This document shows, piece by piece, positions 9,531-20,291 of a stretch of DNA of 64,000 nucleotides. The position numbers and the translations under genes are program-made. This stretch comes from Eubacteriaceae bacterium. GTDB taxonomy: Bacteria; Bacillota; Clostridia; Eubacteriales; Alkalibacteraceae. The notes under the pieces are model-generated. The model did no database searches and was not told where the DNA came from. It saw nothing but the letters and a program-made list of their open reading frames with translations. The stretch's first letter is position 1, and every line of letters begins with the position of its first letter. The stretch spans positions 1,863 to 65,862 of the forward strand of contig DMAW01000007.1 of assembly GCA_003446375.1 (NCBI GenBank), written 5' to 3'.

Positions 9531-10757
9531 TTAGTTTGCATTTTCTGCAGATAACTCGACATTGGCTGTATGCCTTTGTCCATTTCTTTCGTATGATACC
9601 TCTACCGATTGTCCTGGTTGTTTGGCATATAGTATTTCCCTGAGCTTTAGCATCGTGTTTACTTCCTGTCCGTCTACTTCGATTATTATGTCATTTTCCT
9701 TAAGCCCGGCTCTAGCAGCGCCTGATCCTTGCTGAACTTCCATTATCAATATCCCTTTATCTAAAACTATATCGCTATTCCCATAATATCTTGCTATTTC
9801 CCTATCAAGGCAGCTGATTCCCATAACCGTAGGAGTAAATTCGCCATTTCTGATTATTTGATTTATTATTGGCTTAGCTACATTTATGGGAATTGCAAAG
9901 CCCATTCCCTCACCTGTGTCTATCTTGTATGTATTTATCCCGATGACCTCTCCGTTTCTGTTTAAAAGAGGTCCTCCGCTGTTCCCACTATTTATTGAAG
10001 CATCTGTTTGAATAAGATCTTCCGCTATGCTCGAAGCGCTTATCATTATGCTTCTGTTGAGAGCGCTTATTATGCCGGACGTTACTGTTCTCTCAAAAGT
10101 CAACCCTAATGGATTTCCAATAGCTACAGCAAGCTCTCCCACCTTTAAGCTATCTGAGTCTCCCAAAGACGCCGTCGGAAGATTATTTGCATCTATCTTA
10201 ATAACTGCCAGATCCAGGTCTGCATCGGACCAGATCTTTTGACCTTCATATGACGAGCCATCTTTTAATGATACGGTGATGCTTCGCGGGTTATCCGTCA
10301 CTACGTGTTGGTTCGTAATTATATAACCGTTTTCCGTTACGATAACTCCCGATCCTACCCCGGTCTGTTCAAATTGCTGTGAAAATCTATTCTGTGCTAT
10401 CTCGACTGTAGTTATCCCTACGACTGCAGGAGTCACAAGCTCCGCAACCGCCTCTACAGTAGTCGGAGGGTTGTCTTGAGTGTTTATCACTTGCTGAACG
10501 TTGTCTTGGTTTACTATAGAATCGATTCGATCGTCAGAATCGCCATTAAAATAAGATAAAGCCACATATCCCATGATCAAGCTACCTAAAAGGGCTCCTG
10601 CCAAACCTGCAGCAAAGTACTTTATAGCCGATCTTTCGGTTTTTTTCTTTTTCAGAGGCTTAAGCTCATTTTGATATTGGTAATTATAATCTTCAGTTGT
10701 CTGTTTCATATCCTCCGGCTTGCTATTTAGTTCAAACCTCTCATCATCTTTATCCAT
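9531..10757 (-). CDS. htrA: HtrA-family serine protease (TM, trypsin, PDZ)
   Basis: TNQHV, DLAVIK, QTDASINSGNSGGPL, C-terminal PDZ. Confidence 0.95.
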   Translation of the reverse strand: MDKDDERFELNSKPEDMKQTTEDYNYQYQNELKPLKKKKTERSAIKYFAAGLAGALLGSLIMGYVALSYFNGDSDDRIDSIVNQDNVQQVINTQDNPPTTVEAVAELVTPAVVGITTVEIAQNRFSQQFEQTGVGSGVIVTENGYIITNQHVVTDNPRSITVSLKDGSSYEGQKIWSDADLDLAVIKIDANNLPTASLGDSDSLKVGELAVAIGNPLGLTFERTVTSGIISALNRSIMISASSIAEDLIQTDASINSGNSGGPLLNRNGEVIGINTYKIDTGEGMGFAIPINVAKPIINQIIRNGEFTPTVMGISCLDREIARYYGNSDIVLDKGILIMEVQQGSGAARAGLKENDIIIEVDGQEVNTMLKLREILYAKQPGQSVEVSYERNGQRHTANVELSAENAN

Positions 10758-10773
10758 AGCATTTCACCTCAAA

Positions 10774-11556
10774 TTATAGATTGTACATGTTGCTTGGAGA
10801 AAATCTGCCTGCTACCTCCACGCATACACAGTCATCGAGCTTGTGCTCTCTAAGCTTGTTACTTGTCGTTTCCATTGCTAATTGGGGAAAGTTGTTTTCT
10901 TCGCTTAAGTGAGCTAAAACAACCTTTTCCAAACCTTCCTGAGCAAGTCTGACTACCGTGTCCGCTGCGCACTCGTTTGACAAGTGACCTTTATTTCCTG
11001 CAACTCTTTTTTTTAGAAAGTACGGGTATCTGCCTGCCATCAGCATGTTGACATCATGATTTGATTCCATTACCACCAAATCGCTGCCCTTGATATTGTC
11101 ATAGATGACTTCATCCATTATGCCGGTGTCTGTAACTATGCTGACCTTGGTTTTATTAGACGTTATTGAAAACCCAACAGGATCTGCTGCATCGTGATGT
11201 ATTGAAAATGTCTTGACTAGCAAATCTTCTACTTCTATTAAACCACCATTTTCAAACAGCCTTATATTGTCCTCTTTTACCTTGCCTATATTGCCTTTGA
11301 CCCCATTCCAGGTCCCTTCGTTCATATAAAGGGGAATGTCGTATTTCCTGGAAAGCACTCCTATGCCCTTTACATGGTCAGAATGATCATGAGATACAAA
11401 TATCCCCTTGATCGTATTTATGTCAGATCCTATCTGCTTTAATGCAGTGGAAATCTTAATCCCACTTAGCCCGGCATCTACCAAGATTTTCCCGTGGCTT
11501 CCTTCTACGTAAAGGCTGTTGCCGCTGCTTCCGCTGTATAAGCTGCAAAATTTCAT
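10774..11556 (-). CDS. walJ: MBL-fold hydrolase YycJ/WalJ
   Basis: SGSSGNS, SHDHSDH, ESNHD, GHLSN, LAHLSEENN. Confidence 0.88.
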   Translation of the reverse strand: MKFCSLYSGSSGNSLYVEGSHGKILVDAGLSGIKISTALKQIGSDINTIKGIFVSHDHSDHVKGIGVLSRKYDIPLYMNEGTWNGVKGNIGKVKEDNIRLFENGGLIEVEDLLVKTFSIHHDAADPVGFSITSNKTKVSIVTDTGIMDEVIYDNIKGSDLVVMESNHDVNMLMAGRYPYFLKKRVAGNKGHLSNECAADTVVRLAQEGLEKVVLAHLSEENNFPQLAMETTSNKLREHKLDDCVCVEVAGRFSPSNMYNL

Positions 11557-11676
11557 CCCTTTTCCTCCAATATCCTCTTACGACTAAGCTTAGACAGATT
11601 TGGATACTGTCCTTTTATCATAGACAAATTTTCTTAAACAAAGCTTAAAACAGGCCCCATAGTCTAGGGCCTGCCT

Positions 11677-12933
11677 TCAGTCGCTTATTCTGATGATCTT
11701 AGCTCCCAAATCAAGAAGCTTTTTTTCCATATTCTCATAACCTCTATCCAAGTGCTTAAGCTCTGTAACTTCGGTTTTTCCGTCCGCAACCAAACCTGCA
11801 ATTACCATGGCCGCGCCGGCTCTTAAATCCGTTGCGCTCAAAGTAGTCCCCGAAAGTTTTTTCCTTCCATTGATCATTGCAGCTCTTCCATTTACGAGAA
11901 TTTCAGCTCCCATCTTGATAAGTTCGTCTACGTATTTGAACCTGTTTTCAAAAATACTTTCCGTTATGGTTCCGGTCCCTTCCGCCATGCACATCAGCAC
12001 AGCCATTGGCTGTTGAAGGTCCGTTGGAAATCCAGGGTATGGAAGTGTCTTTATGTTGACGGCCTTAAGTGGTTCCTTCCCGATTACTCTTATCGCATCA
12101 TCGTATTCTATTATTTCAGCTCCCATTTCCATCAGTTTCGCAGATATGGACTCCAAGTGCTTCGGTATCACATTTTTCACTAACACATCGCCTTTTGTCG
12201 CCGCTGCGGCAATCATGTACGTCCCAGCCTCTATCTGGTCAGGTATTACCATATACTCGCAGCCATGCATCTTTTCTACTCCGGTTATCTTTATTACATC
12301 CGTGCCGGCGCCCTTGATATTTGCTCCCATCAAGTTTAAGAAGTTTGCCACGTCTACTACATGGGGTTCCTTTGCCGCATTTTCGAGCACGGTGACTCCC
12401 TTTGCTTTTACTGCAGCCAACATTATGTTTATAGTAGCACCTACGCTGACCACATCAAGATATATCGGCGCTCCTATTAGTTCTTCTGCCTCAGCGCTTA
12501 TTATTCCATGCTCTAAGCTCACCTTGGCTCCTAAAGCTTCAAAGCCTTTTATATGCTGGTCTATGGGCCTTACTCCAATATTGCAGCCTCCCGGGAAAGG
12601 TATGACTACTTTTTTGAATCTCCCCAGAAGCGCGCCTATGAGATAGTATGAAGCTCTCATTTTTTTTGTCTCATCATCAAGCATTTCGTATCTTTCAACA
12701 CTGGAAGTGTCAAATACCACCGTATTTTCACTTTCCCTTTCAACGCTTGCTCCCATTCGTCCCAATATGTTAATGAACCTGTTTACATCCTTTATGTTCG
12801 GCAGATTTTCTAACCTGCATTTTCCTTCGGCTAAAATGACCGCCGGTATCAAACCAAGTGCCGCATTCTTTGCGCCTGCAATTGTTACTTCTCCACTTAG
12901 CGGATGCCCGCCCTCTATAATCAAACGATCCAT
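11677..12933 (-). CDS. murA: UDP-N-acetylglucosamine 1-carboxyvinyltransferase
   Basis: [36 protein letters not shown]; start moved to MDRLII at 12933. Confidence 0.96.
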   Translation of the reverse strand: MDRLIIEGGHPLSGEVTIAGAKNAALGLIPAVILAEGKCRLENLPNIKDVNRFINILGRMGASVERESENTVVFDTSSVERYEMLDDETKKMRASYYLIGALLGRFKKVVIPFPGGCNIGVRPIDQHIKGFEALGAKVSLEHGIISAEAEELIGAPIYLDVVSVGATINIMLAAVKAKGVTVLENAAKEPHVVDVANFLNLMGANIKGAGTDVIKITGVEKMHGCEYMVIPDQIEAGTYMIAAAATKGDVLVKNVIPKHLESISAKLMEMGAEIIEYDDAIRVIGKEPLKAVNIKTLPYPGFPTDLQQPMAVLMCMAEGTGTITESIFENRFKYVDELIKMGAEILVNGRAAMINGRKKLSGTTLSATDLRAGAAMVIAGLVADGKTEVTELKHLDRGYENMEKKLLDLGAKIIRISD

Positions 12934-13183
12934 GTTTAACTTCCCTTCAATTGAAATCTTTCTCACTGGGATGCATTATATCATATTTTTATTCAACTTA
13001 AAACACAAAAAGATGTCCTGACCCTCAAAGAAGATGAGTAATCATAACCTTTATCCAACCTTTGCTTTTATTGGATTTTCACGGATTCATTTGTTGAAAA
13101 TCAATTATTTATATCCTCTTAAGAATTAGCTGTTGTATGTTATAATGAATTAGATAACTTTTATTTAAGAAGGTGTGTTTTAA

Positions 13184-14137
13184 TTGAACCATTTTGAAAT
13201 GATTCGAAACAATGATGATCTTTCCGTAACCTTGATTGAAAATATTTTTATAAACCATTATATGCCAAAAGCCCCCGGCGACTTTGTCAAAGTCTATCTT
13301 TTAGGATTAAAGTACTGTCAAAGCAACAGCTTGTCGGCAATTAGCGACAAGGTCATAGCAAAAAGCTTGAATCTTCTCGAAAGCGACGTCATAAAAGCTT
13401 GGAAATATTGGGAGTCTGAAGGCATAGTAAAAGTGGAATCTCCAGACGAAGAAAGCACTCGCATCAATTACTTCAATATTGCTTCGTTGATGCTTGAAGG
13501 CAAAAAGCTTCCTTCAAAAAAATCTGTAGAAGATAAAAACACCAATTTGACCAGAGAGATGTACAAGGCCATAGAGTATATGTTCTCACGTCCATTAAGT
13601 ACCAAAGAACTGCAGATCATAAACAGTTGGATCGAGGATTTATTTTTTACCCCTCAGCTTGTGACGCTTCTTGTGGAATACTGCCTCGGAAAACAAAAAA
13701 AAGATTTTAACTACATGAATAAAGTCGCCCTTACCTGGTATGATAAAAAAATCAAAACATACGATGATGCTATGTCCCACATCGACTCAACAAATACAAA
13801 GTGGGCAAATTATTACAAGATAATGCATTTTCTCGGCTTTAACCGGCAACCTTCCAAGGCAGAAACCGAGTATATGGATAAATGGCTTGATGAATACAAA
13901 ATGTCTCTTGACATGATATTAGAGGGCTGTCGCAAGATGACCGGTCTTAGCAAGCCAAACTTCCGTTACTTGGATACGGTTTTAAAGAGCTGGCATGAAA
14001 AAGGCTATACCGCTCCGGATCAAGTCGTAGATGACAGGCCTGCAACCAAACAGTCTCCCGAAGAGAAGGATTCCAAATACGATTACGATCTTATACAGAA
14101 AAAACTGCGAGAAAAAATGTGGAGTGATAAAAAATGA
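13184..14137 (+). CDS. DnaD/DnaB-domain primosomal protein
   Basis: FINHYMPKAPGDFVKVY N-terminus and two DnaD-like repeats (NYMNKVALTW, FRYLDTVLKSW). Confidence 0.8.
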   Translation: MNHFEMIRNNDDLSVTLIENIFINHYMPKAPGDFVKVYLLGLKYCQSNSLSAISDKVIAKSLNLLESDVIKAWKYWESEGIVKVESPDEESTRINYFNIASLMLEGKKLPSKKSVEDKNTNLTREMYKAIEYMFSRPLSTKELQIINSWIEDLFFTPQLVTLLVEYCLGKQKKDFNYMNKVALTWYDKKIKTYDDAMSHIDSTNTKWANYYKIMHFLGFNRQPSKAETEYMDKWLDEYKMSLDMILEGCRKMTGLSKPNFRYLDTVLKSWHEKGYTAPDQVVDDRPATKQSPEEKDSKYDYDLIQKKLREKMWSDKK

Positions 14138-15114
14138 AAGACCCTGTTTACAACGATACTTTAATTGAGTTCAACGAAAGAATAATGCGGCGAAAGCGGT
14201 TGCATCAGCAAAAGATTGACGATCTTTACAGAGCCGTGCCACAGATCAAATCCCTACACGATGGAATCAACAGAGCAGGGCTAAAGCTGGCTTTGTCTTC
14301 AATCCCGGGAGAATCAAATGCCAAGCTTGAAAGCATAAAAAGTGAAATCTCCCTTTTAAAAGAAGATGAGCGCTCTCTTCTTAAATCCAAAGGATACCCT
14401 GAGGATTATCTGGAATACAAGCCCTCATGTAATATCTGCATGGATGAAGGCTATGTGCATGGCCAAAGATGCAGATGCTTTAACAACTTATTGATAGAAA
14501 AATACTACGACCAGTCAAACCTGAAAAACATTCTCTCTAAAGAAAATTTTGATACTTTTAAGATGAATTATTATTCCGAAGAAAAAGGATCCTATCCTGT
14601 ATCTCCTAAAATGCAAATGGAAAAGATACTCCATGAAAGCATAAGCTTCGTCAAAGACTTTAACGATGATAGCCCAAACCTCTACTTTTTCGGAGATCCG
14701 GGACTGGGAAAGACATTTCTTTCCCACTGCATAGCCAAGGAACTTTTGGATAAGGGGCATGTAGTCATTTACCAGACGGCTTCAGACATAATGGACATCG
14801 TCAGAAGAAGCAAGTTTTCTTCAAGCCCTGAAGACTCTCAAAATCATCCTTCAAGCTATCTTTATAAATGTGATCTCTTGATTATTGACGATTTGGGAAC
14901 AGAGACTCTTACTGAGTTTGCCAACAATGAGCTTTTCAATCTTATAAACAGGCGGTTAAAAGATGATAAGAAGATGATAATATCTACCAATCTTTCAGTC
15001 AATCAGTTGGAAAAGCGCTACTCGACCAGATTGGCATCGAGAGTAATCGGAAACTTTCTTTTCCTCGAATTTTTTGGAGAAGACATTCGCATGAAAAAAG
15101 CCGACATATTATGA
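14134..15114 (+). CDS. DnaC/DnaI-like helicase-loader ATPase
   Basis: CNICMDEG...CRC zinc motif, Walker A GDPGLGKT, LLIIDDLG, RLASR; ATGA overlap with upstream gene. Confidence 0.88.
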   Translation: MKDPVYNDTLIEFNERIMRRKRLHQQKIDDLYRAVPQIKSLHDGINRAGLKLALSSIPGESNAKLESIKSEISLLKEDERSLLKSKGYPEDYLEYKPSCNICMDEGYVHGQRCRCFNNLLIEKYYDQSNLKNILSKENFDTFKMNYYSEEKGSYPVSPKMQMEKILHESISFVKDFNDDSPNLYFFGDPGLGKTFLSHCIAKELLDKGHVVIYQTASDIMDIVRRSKFSSSPEDSQNHPSSYLYKCDLLIIDDLGTETLTEFANNELFNLINRRLKDDKKMIISTNLSVNQLEKRYSTRLASRVIGNFLFLEFFGEDIRMKKADIL

Positions 15115-15131
15115 TCATAGTCGGCTTTTTT
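15094..15131. terminator. Bidirectional terminator between dnaC-like gene and yabE
   Basis: AAAAAAGCCGAC...GTCGGCTTTTTT. Confidence 0.75.
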
Positions 15132-15149
15132 AGGTTCAATTATTTTAAA

Positions 15150-16190
15150 TCAATCAAGCACATAGACCTTCAAGGTCCTTCTGCCAAATTTTAATGCTTC
15201 TTCATGAGTGTTGAAGTATATGTCTATCCTATTCCCTTTAATGGCTCCGCCACGGTCTTCAACTTCAAATATCCCTCTGTTTGAATTCTTGCTGAAATAC
15301 GGAATATAAAACTCCGTGCCAAAAGAAAACTGAGAAGATGCAGCAATAGTGTGGTTTGCTTTTGTCCTTGCTCCGCTGGCTGTGACAGTCCCGTCTCCTG
15401 GACCGGTGCACTGAGAACAGGAACAGTATCCTGTAGCTGTTACATACATTACCATGTCAAAGCGGGTCTGTCCCCTAGACGTGGCAATATAGACGTTTGT
15501 TCCCACCTCTTGAATTTCTTCAACAGGCTCTTTTTCTACCTTTTCTTCTAATACTGTTCTGCTGAATTCTTCTCCGTCATGGTATACTACTTTCTCCGTC
15601 ACGCTTCTAAGCCCGTCTTTTCCACTTTGGACAGTCTTTACGACCCCTTTATCGAGGCTTTGGTTATTTCTTGTTACTTTGCTGTACTTTACAGGCTGTT
15701 TGGCAGTTACGACTTCTTCTACTACTCGGGTTATTTTTATTTCTCCGAGAAAGTCATCCCCAATTTCCTGCTCTAGGCTTGGTTGCACCATATCTAGCTC
15801 CTCAAGCCTCAGTCCCAACTGGCGGATTATATCATCTACCTGACGCTGAGCTGTGACGAATTCATACTCTTTACCATCTGCTACAACAGTTATCTCTCTT
15901 GCTCTGTTTATTCTGATCTCTTGTCCGTTCTCTAAAATGTCAGTTACCGGCTGAGAAACTTCGTCCATTTCTCCTAAACTAATCTCATTGTCCAAAAGGG
16001 CATCCCTTATGCTTCTTTCTCCTCTGAATGTATATTCAATAGTTTTTTCTCCGTCTACAATAGTTGCTGATTTTTCACTTGTTTGGAAGACGATAAATGC
16101 CGCTGACATTGCCAAAATCAGCAATGCGATGATTAAAAGATTACGGCTGCTTGCCCACATACCTTTCAATCTCTTTAAGTTAACATTCAT
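15150..16190 (-). CDS. yabE: YabE-like cell-wall protein (TM, DUF348 repeats, G5, 3D)
   Basis: N-terminal TM, ubiquitin-like repeats, G5 (QSGKDG...EVGT), 3D domain with EDRGGAIKGNRIDIY. Confidence 0.85.
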   Translation of the reverse strand: MNVNLKRLKGMWASSRNLLIIALLILAMSAAFIVFQTSEKSATIVDGEKTIEYTFRGERSIRDALLDNEISLGEMDEVSQPVTDILENGQEIRINRAREITVVADGKEYEFVTAQRQVDDIIRQLGLRLEELDMVQPSLEQEIGDDFLGEIKITRVVEEVVTAKQPVKYSKVTRNNQSLDKGVVKTVQSGKDGLRSVTEKVVYHDGEEFSRTVLEEKVEKEPVEEIQEVGTNVYIATSRGQTRFDMVMYVTATGYCSCSQCTGPGDGTVTASGARTKANHTIAASSQFSFGTEFYIPYFSKNSNRGIFEVEDRGGAIKGNRIDIYFNTHEEALKFGRRTLKVYVLD

Positions 16191-16265
16191 TTTTTACCTC
16201 CTAAGAATTTGAACCTAGTCTGCATTTAACAGACATTTGACGCACACTCCCGTCAAATATCAGAC

Positions 16266-16294
16266 ATCATACCCCAAAAAAAAACTTTTGTCAA
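16266..16294 (-). promoter_or_regulatory. Sigma-A promoter of yabE
   Basis: TTGACA (16294-16289), 17 bp, TATGAT (16271-16266). Confidence 0.7.
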
Positions 16295-16433
16295 ACTTGT
16301 TACTATTTTGTTTCATTTTGTTTACGTTTTATATACATAATTGCTCCCTTTGCTATTGACTTTTTTGATTAGTTTTTCGTTTACATCCGTTAAGTAAACG
16401 CTATCTTGAGCAATCAAAAAAACGAGCTTGCTG

Positions 16434-17210
16434 TCAGCTCGTTTTTTTGATTTTTTTGAACAGTCGATATGTATTTTTTTCTATATTCTCCATTAAGTCT
16501 TCCACAGAGATGCCTCTTATCTCAGCGACTTTTTCTATAACATATCTTACATAACTAGGGTTGTTCCTTCTTCCTCTGTAAGGCACAGGAGTCAAATACG
16601 GGCTGTCCGTCTCAACTAAAATCCTATCTAATGGAACATTTGCAGCAACTTCAGGAAGCTTGCGCGAATTTTTAAACGTCAACGGTCCTGATAGGGATAT
16701 GTAATACCCTAAATCTAAATACCTCTTAGCCATTTCCCAGCTTCCGGAATAACTGTGCATGACGCCTGTTACCCTTCCTTTGAAAGACTCAAGTACTTTA
16801 AAAGTATCTTGGTGAGCATCTCTTGAATGTATTATTACAGGCAGCATTTGTTTATCAGCTATTTCCATCTGTCTTTTAAAAACCTCCATTTGAACAATTC
16901 TCGGCGAGTTATCGTAGTAGTAATCAAGACCAATTTCACCTATAGCTACTACCTTGTCTTCATGAGAATTATTGAGCATAAACTTATAAAACTTTTCATC
17001 AGCTGCTGAAGCATCGTGGGGATGCATTCCTAAAGCAGCATATACCAGCTTGTATTCATGGGATAATTTCAGTGCATTTTCAGCTGATTTTCTATCATAG
17101 GAAGGATTTATGATCAGTTTCCCTCCTTCTTTTTTAAAATTTTCAATGATTTCTTTTATATCATCTTTGAATGCCTTATCATCAAGATGAGCATGCGTAT
17201 CGATCAACAT
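16434..17210 (-). CDS. tatD: TatD family DNase
   Basis: IDTHAHL, AIGEIGLDYY, IIHSRDAH, VMHSYSG, ETDSPYLTP. Confidence 0.95.
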   Translation of the reverse strand: MLIDTHAHLDDKAFKDDIKEIIENFKKEGGKLIINPSYDRKSAENALKLSHEYKLVYAALGMHPHDASAADEKFYKFMLNNSHEDKVVAIGEIGLDYYYDNSPRIVQMEVFKRQMEIADKQMLPVIIHSRDAHQDTFKVLESFKGRVTGVMHSYSGSWEMAKRYLDLGYYISLSGPLTFKNSRKLPEVAANVPLDRILVETDSPYLTPVPYRGRRNNPSYVRYVIEKVAEIRGISVEDLMENIEKNTYRLFKKIKKTS

Positions 17211-17229
17211 CTAGCACCTCCACTGTAAA

Positions 17230-17856
17230 TTATTTAACCTGTTTTCTAATTATCGAAGGTCTTCCTTCTATAATATAGTGTTCATCACCAATAAATCTTG
17301 CTTCTTCCATGTTATGCGTTACAAACACTATGGTCTTCATCTGTTTCTTTTGAAGTTTTTTTATGTCCCTCATCATTTGCATCTTCAATTTCTCGTCAAT
17401 CCCGCTAAAGGGTTCATCCATTAAAATCAAATCTCCCGGGTAAGCAAAGGCCCTTGCAATCGACACTCTTTGCTTCATCCCGCCGCTTAGCTCATTTGGA
17501 TAAAAACTTTTATATTCTGTCAGCTCGACCGTTTCCAGCACTTTATTTATTGTTTCTTCTATCTTGTCAAAATCCAATTTTTTATTTAGTACAAATTTGA
17601 TATTTTCATATGCTGTCAAGTGGTCTAAAAGCCTCGGTTCTTGAAACACATATGATATTTTTTCTTTATCTACTCCTAAAACTGTTCCTTCATAATCATT
17701 ATCAATACCTGATAAAATATTTAGAATTGTGGTTTTGCCGATACCGGAAGGCCCGGAAATCACTGATATCAATCCTCTTTTAAAAACCATATCCACACCG
17801 TTGAATATTACCTGTCCGTTGTATTTCTTTATCAGATTCTTAATTTTTATGTCCAT
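17230..17856 (-). CDS. NitT/TauT-family ABC ATP-binding subunit
   Basis: GPSGIGKT, YVFQEPRL, LSGGMKQR, LMDEPF. Confidence 0.9.
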   Translation of the reverse strand: MDIKIKNLIKKYNGQVIFNGVDMVFKRGLISVISGPSGIGKTTILNILSGIDNDYEGTVLGVDKEKISYVFQEPRLLDHLTAYENIKFVLNKKLDFDKIEETINKVLETVELTEYKSFYPNELSGGMKQRVSIARAFAYPGDLILMDEPFSGIDEKLKMQMMRDIKKLQKKQMKTIVFVTHNMEEARFIGDEHYIIEGRPSIIRKQVK

Positions 17857-18595
17857 CTCTGATTCTCCTGCTCTTTTTCTCTATCAGACATTTTACTATT
17901 TTTTCCATGAGCATGCTCAATATGACCACAGTCATAGTCCAGGCAAATAAATCTGTAGTTTCTAGGTAAATTTTAGAATTATATATCATCCTGCCCATTG
18001 CATAGGGCGCTGAAGAAAGAAGCTCTGCTGTAACAGTGCTTTTCCAACCTAGCCCAATAGATATGGACAAGCCTGAAAGCATGTAAGGACTTAAATGGGG
18101 CAAATATATATTTTTTAATATGTCAATCCACTCAACCTGATATACCCTTGCCATTTCAATCTTTTTTTTGTCAACTGTATTCATCCCCTGGAAAGTGTTG
18201 GACCAAATTGGAGGGAAGCAAAGCAAAAAACATACAGCTACAGGAGCAATATTCTCATCAAACCATAATAATATCAATATACTTACAGATATAACAGGTA
18301 TAGACTTTAAAAAGCCTACCAGTGGTTCGATTATATAGAAGATCTGTTTTTTCATAGAACTGGCAATTCCTAAGAAAATCCCTGCCACCATAGATAAGCC
18401 TACTCCTGATACGATCCTTACAACTGTAGTTGCGACAGATAAACGAAAAACCTCCTTGGGCATAAGCTCCAACAAGGCTTCAATCGTTTCAACAGGCGAT
18501 GGCAGAATCAGAGAGCTGGATACTTTTAATGCCCCAAGCTCCCATATAAATAAATAAAACAAGATCACAAGAGGCGTTTTAATTCTCCTTGCCAT
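17840..18595 (-). CDS. NitT/TauT-family ABC permease
   Basis: ILPSP, six hydrophobic segments, EAA-like loop; likely start MARRIK at 18595. Confidence 0.88.
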   Translation of the reverse strand: MARRIKTPLVILFYLFIWELGALKVSSSLILPSPVETIEALLELMPKEVFRLSVATTVVRIVSGVGLSMVAGIFLGIASSMKKQIFYIIEPLVGFLKSIPVISVSILILLWFDENIAPVAVCFLLCFPPIWSNTFQGMNTVDKKKIEMARVYQVEWIDILKNIYLPHLSPYMLSGLSISIGLGWKSTVTAELLSSAPYAMGRMIYNSKIYLETTDLFAWTMTVVILSMLMEKIVKCLIEKKSRRIRDGHKN

Positions 18596-18596
18596 A

Positions 18597-19586
18597 TTAC
18601 TTTGAGTAGTAGAACTCATCATCCGGCATTTCTCCTCCTATTGAGCCCGGATTGAATTTAAACAGCACATCATAATACGATTCCAAGCTGTCCTTGGCTT
18701 CCTGAGCCGAAATATATACAATATTGCTTCCATCAATTGCATTTTCAGCTATTTCTTCCTGGGGCAGTATTCCTTGCTGTACAATAAGAGTTGCTGCCTG
18801 AGCCGGATTTTGTGTCACGTATTCAATGGACTCTTCATATTTTTCAAGGATATAAGAGAGAGCCTCGGGATATGTCGAAGCAAACTCCTTGCTCACAACT
18901 ATGCACCCCATCGGAAGGCTCTTCCCCTGGGTTGCCTTCTCCCACTCGATAGTCAAGTCGAGCACAGTTTCAATCCCATCCATCTTAATTAAGGTAGATG
19001 TCACAAAAGGTTCCGGCAAAACGACTACATTTTCTAAATCTTGCGCAAACTGCGATGCTGCCTCAGCATGTTCTTGAAAAAATCTGATATTTACATCATT
19101 ATCCGGATCAATCCCATTATTTTCCAAAATATACCTGAGTATGTACTCCGGTGTCGCACCTTGTCCTGATGAGTATATGGTTTTTCCCGCTAAATCCTCA
19201 ACGGATTCTATTTTTGCATCTTCCTTTGAAATGACGTATAGGGTTCCTAATGTATTGACTGCTCCCAACAAAACCTCTCCGTCAGTTTTATTGTACAAAA
19301 CAGCAGCCAAGTTTGTAGGCAAAGCCGCAATATCCAGGGTGCCATTTATTATATCTGCACTGATTTGATCCGGAGCGGCATACAAATTAAACTCTAGTTT
19401 TGCATTCTCACCAAGGTTCACGCCTTCATCCATTAGCTTGGCCGCCCCCATTCCGGTAGGTCCTGACAATAGACCCATTGTTATCGTTCTTTCATCTTCG
19501 ATAAGGTCTTTTTGTCCACATGCCGTAGCAAAAAATATTACAGTAAATGCAATTACAAGTGTTAAAATCAATTTTCTTTTTTTCAT
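18597..19586 (-). CDS. ABC substrate-binding lipoprotein (NitT/TauT family)
   Basis: Lipobox FATAC, GPTGMG, DIAALPTNLAA, GQGATPE. Confidence 0.85.
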   Translation of the reverse strand: MKKRKLILTLVIAFTVIFFATACGQKDLIEDERTITMGLLSGPTGMGAAKLMDEGVNLGENAKLEFNLYAAPDQISADIINGTLDIAALPTNLAAVLYNKTDGEVLLGAVNTLGTLYVISKEDAKIESVEDLAGKTIYSSGQGATPEYILRYILENNGIDPDNDVNIRFFQEHAEAASQFAQDLENVVVLPEPFVTSTLIKMDGIETVLDLTIEWEKATQGKSLPMGCIVVSKEFASTYPEALSYILEKYEESIEYVTQNPAQAATLIVQQGILPQEEIAENAIDGSNIVYISAQEAKDSLESYYDVLFKFNPGSIGGEMPDDEFYYSK

Positions 19587-19604
19587 ATTATTGCCTCCGA
19601 ACCT

Positions 19605-20291
19605 TTATTGTTTGCCCATCATGATCTGTAGCCCTTCTTTTTCAAGCCATTCTTTTTTTGAATGATAATCCGGCATTACGCTCTCTACTTTCTGCCAGTA
19701 TTCCGGACCATGATTTAAATGAATCAAGTGGCACAGCTCATGAACCACCACATAATCTAAGATATCATCGGGAAGCATCGCACATTTCCAGTGGAATTTC
19801 ATGTTCCCAAAATTGGAACAAGCCGCCCACCTTCCAAACATCTTCTCTACCTTTATTTCTCCAGGACTCACTCCAACAAGGCTTTTATAATGATCGATTC
19901 TAGGTCCTATCATTTCAAGTGTCTTTTCCTTTAAAAATTCAATAATGAGCCTTTTTATAGTCACTTGATTTTCTGTTTTATTTTCAAAAATAAAATGGTT
20001 GCCGTCAAATCTCAGCCTTTCTTTTGCATCATCGTATATAACCGTCTCTAAAAGGTGCTCTTTTCCGTTAAATAATATGCTTCCTCCCAATGCTGCAAAA
20101 ACATCTCTTTGTTTGTATTTTAATATAAAATCGAAGTTTTCTTCCAAGAATCTTTCGACTTTCGATAAAGGCATATTTTTAGGTGCAGCTACTCCTATTT
20201 CGCCCCTGTCGACAGTCAGGAGAATATCTTGTCTTCTTTTATATTTGACTATAAATTCAATTCCCTTTAATTCTATAGCTGTTTTTGCCAT
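19605..20291 (-). CDS. M48/YgjP (DUF45) zinc metallopeptidase family protein
   Basis: RWAACS...DYVVVHELCHLIHLNH; likely ATG start 20291. Confidence 0.85.
   Translation of the reverse strand: MAKTAIELKGIEFIVKYKRRQDILLTVDRGEIGVAAPKNMPLSKVERFLEENFDFILKYKQRDVFAALGGSILFNGKEHLLETVIYDDAKERLRFDGNHFIFENKTENQVTIKRLIIEFLKEKTLEMIGPRIDHYKSLVGVSPGEIKVEKMFGRWAACSNFGNMKFHWKCAMLPDDILDYVVVHELCHLIHLNHGPEYWQKVESVMPDYHSKKEWLEKEGLQIMMGKQ

Noticed and set aside
16191-16260. c-di-AMP (ydaO) riboswitch expected ahead of an Rpf-like gene
   Set aside because: The UTR is only about 70 nt and lacks the motif
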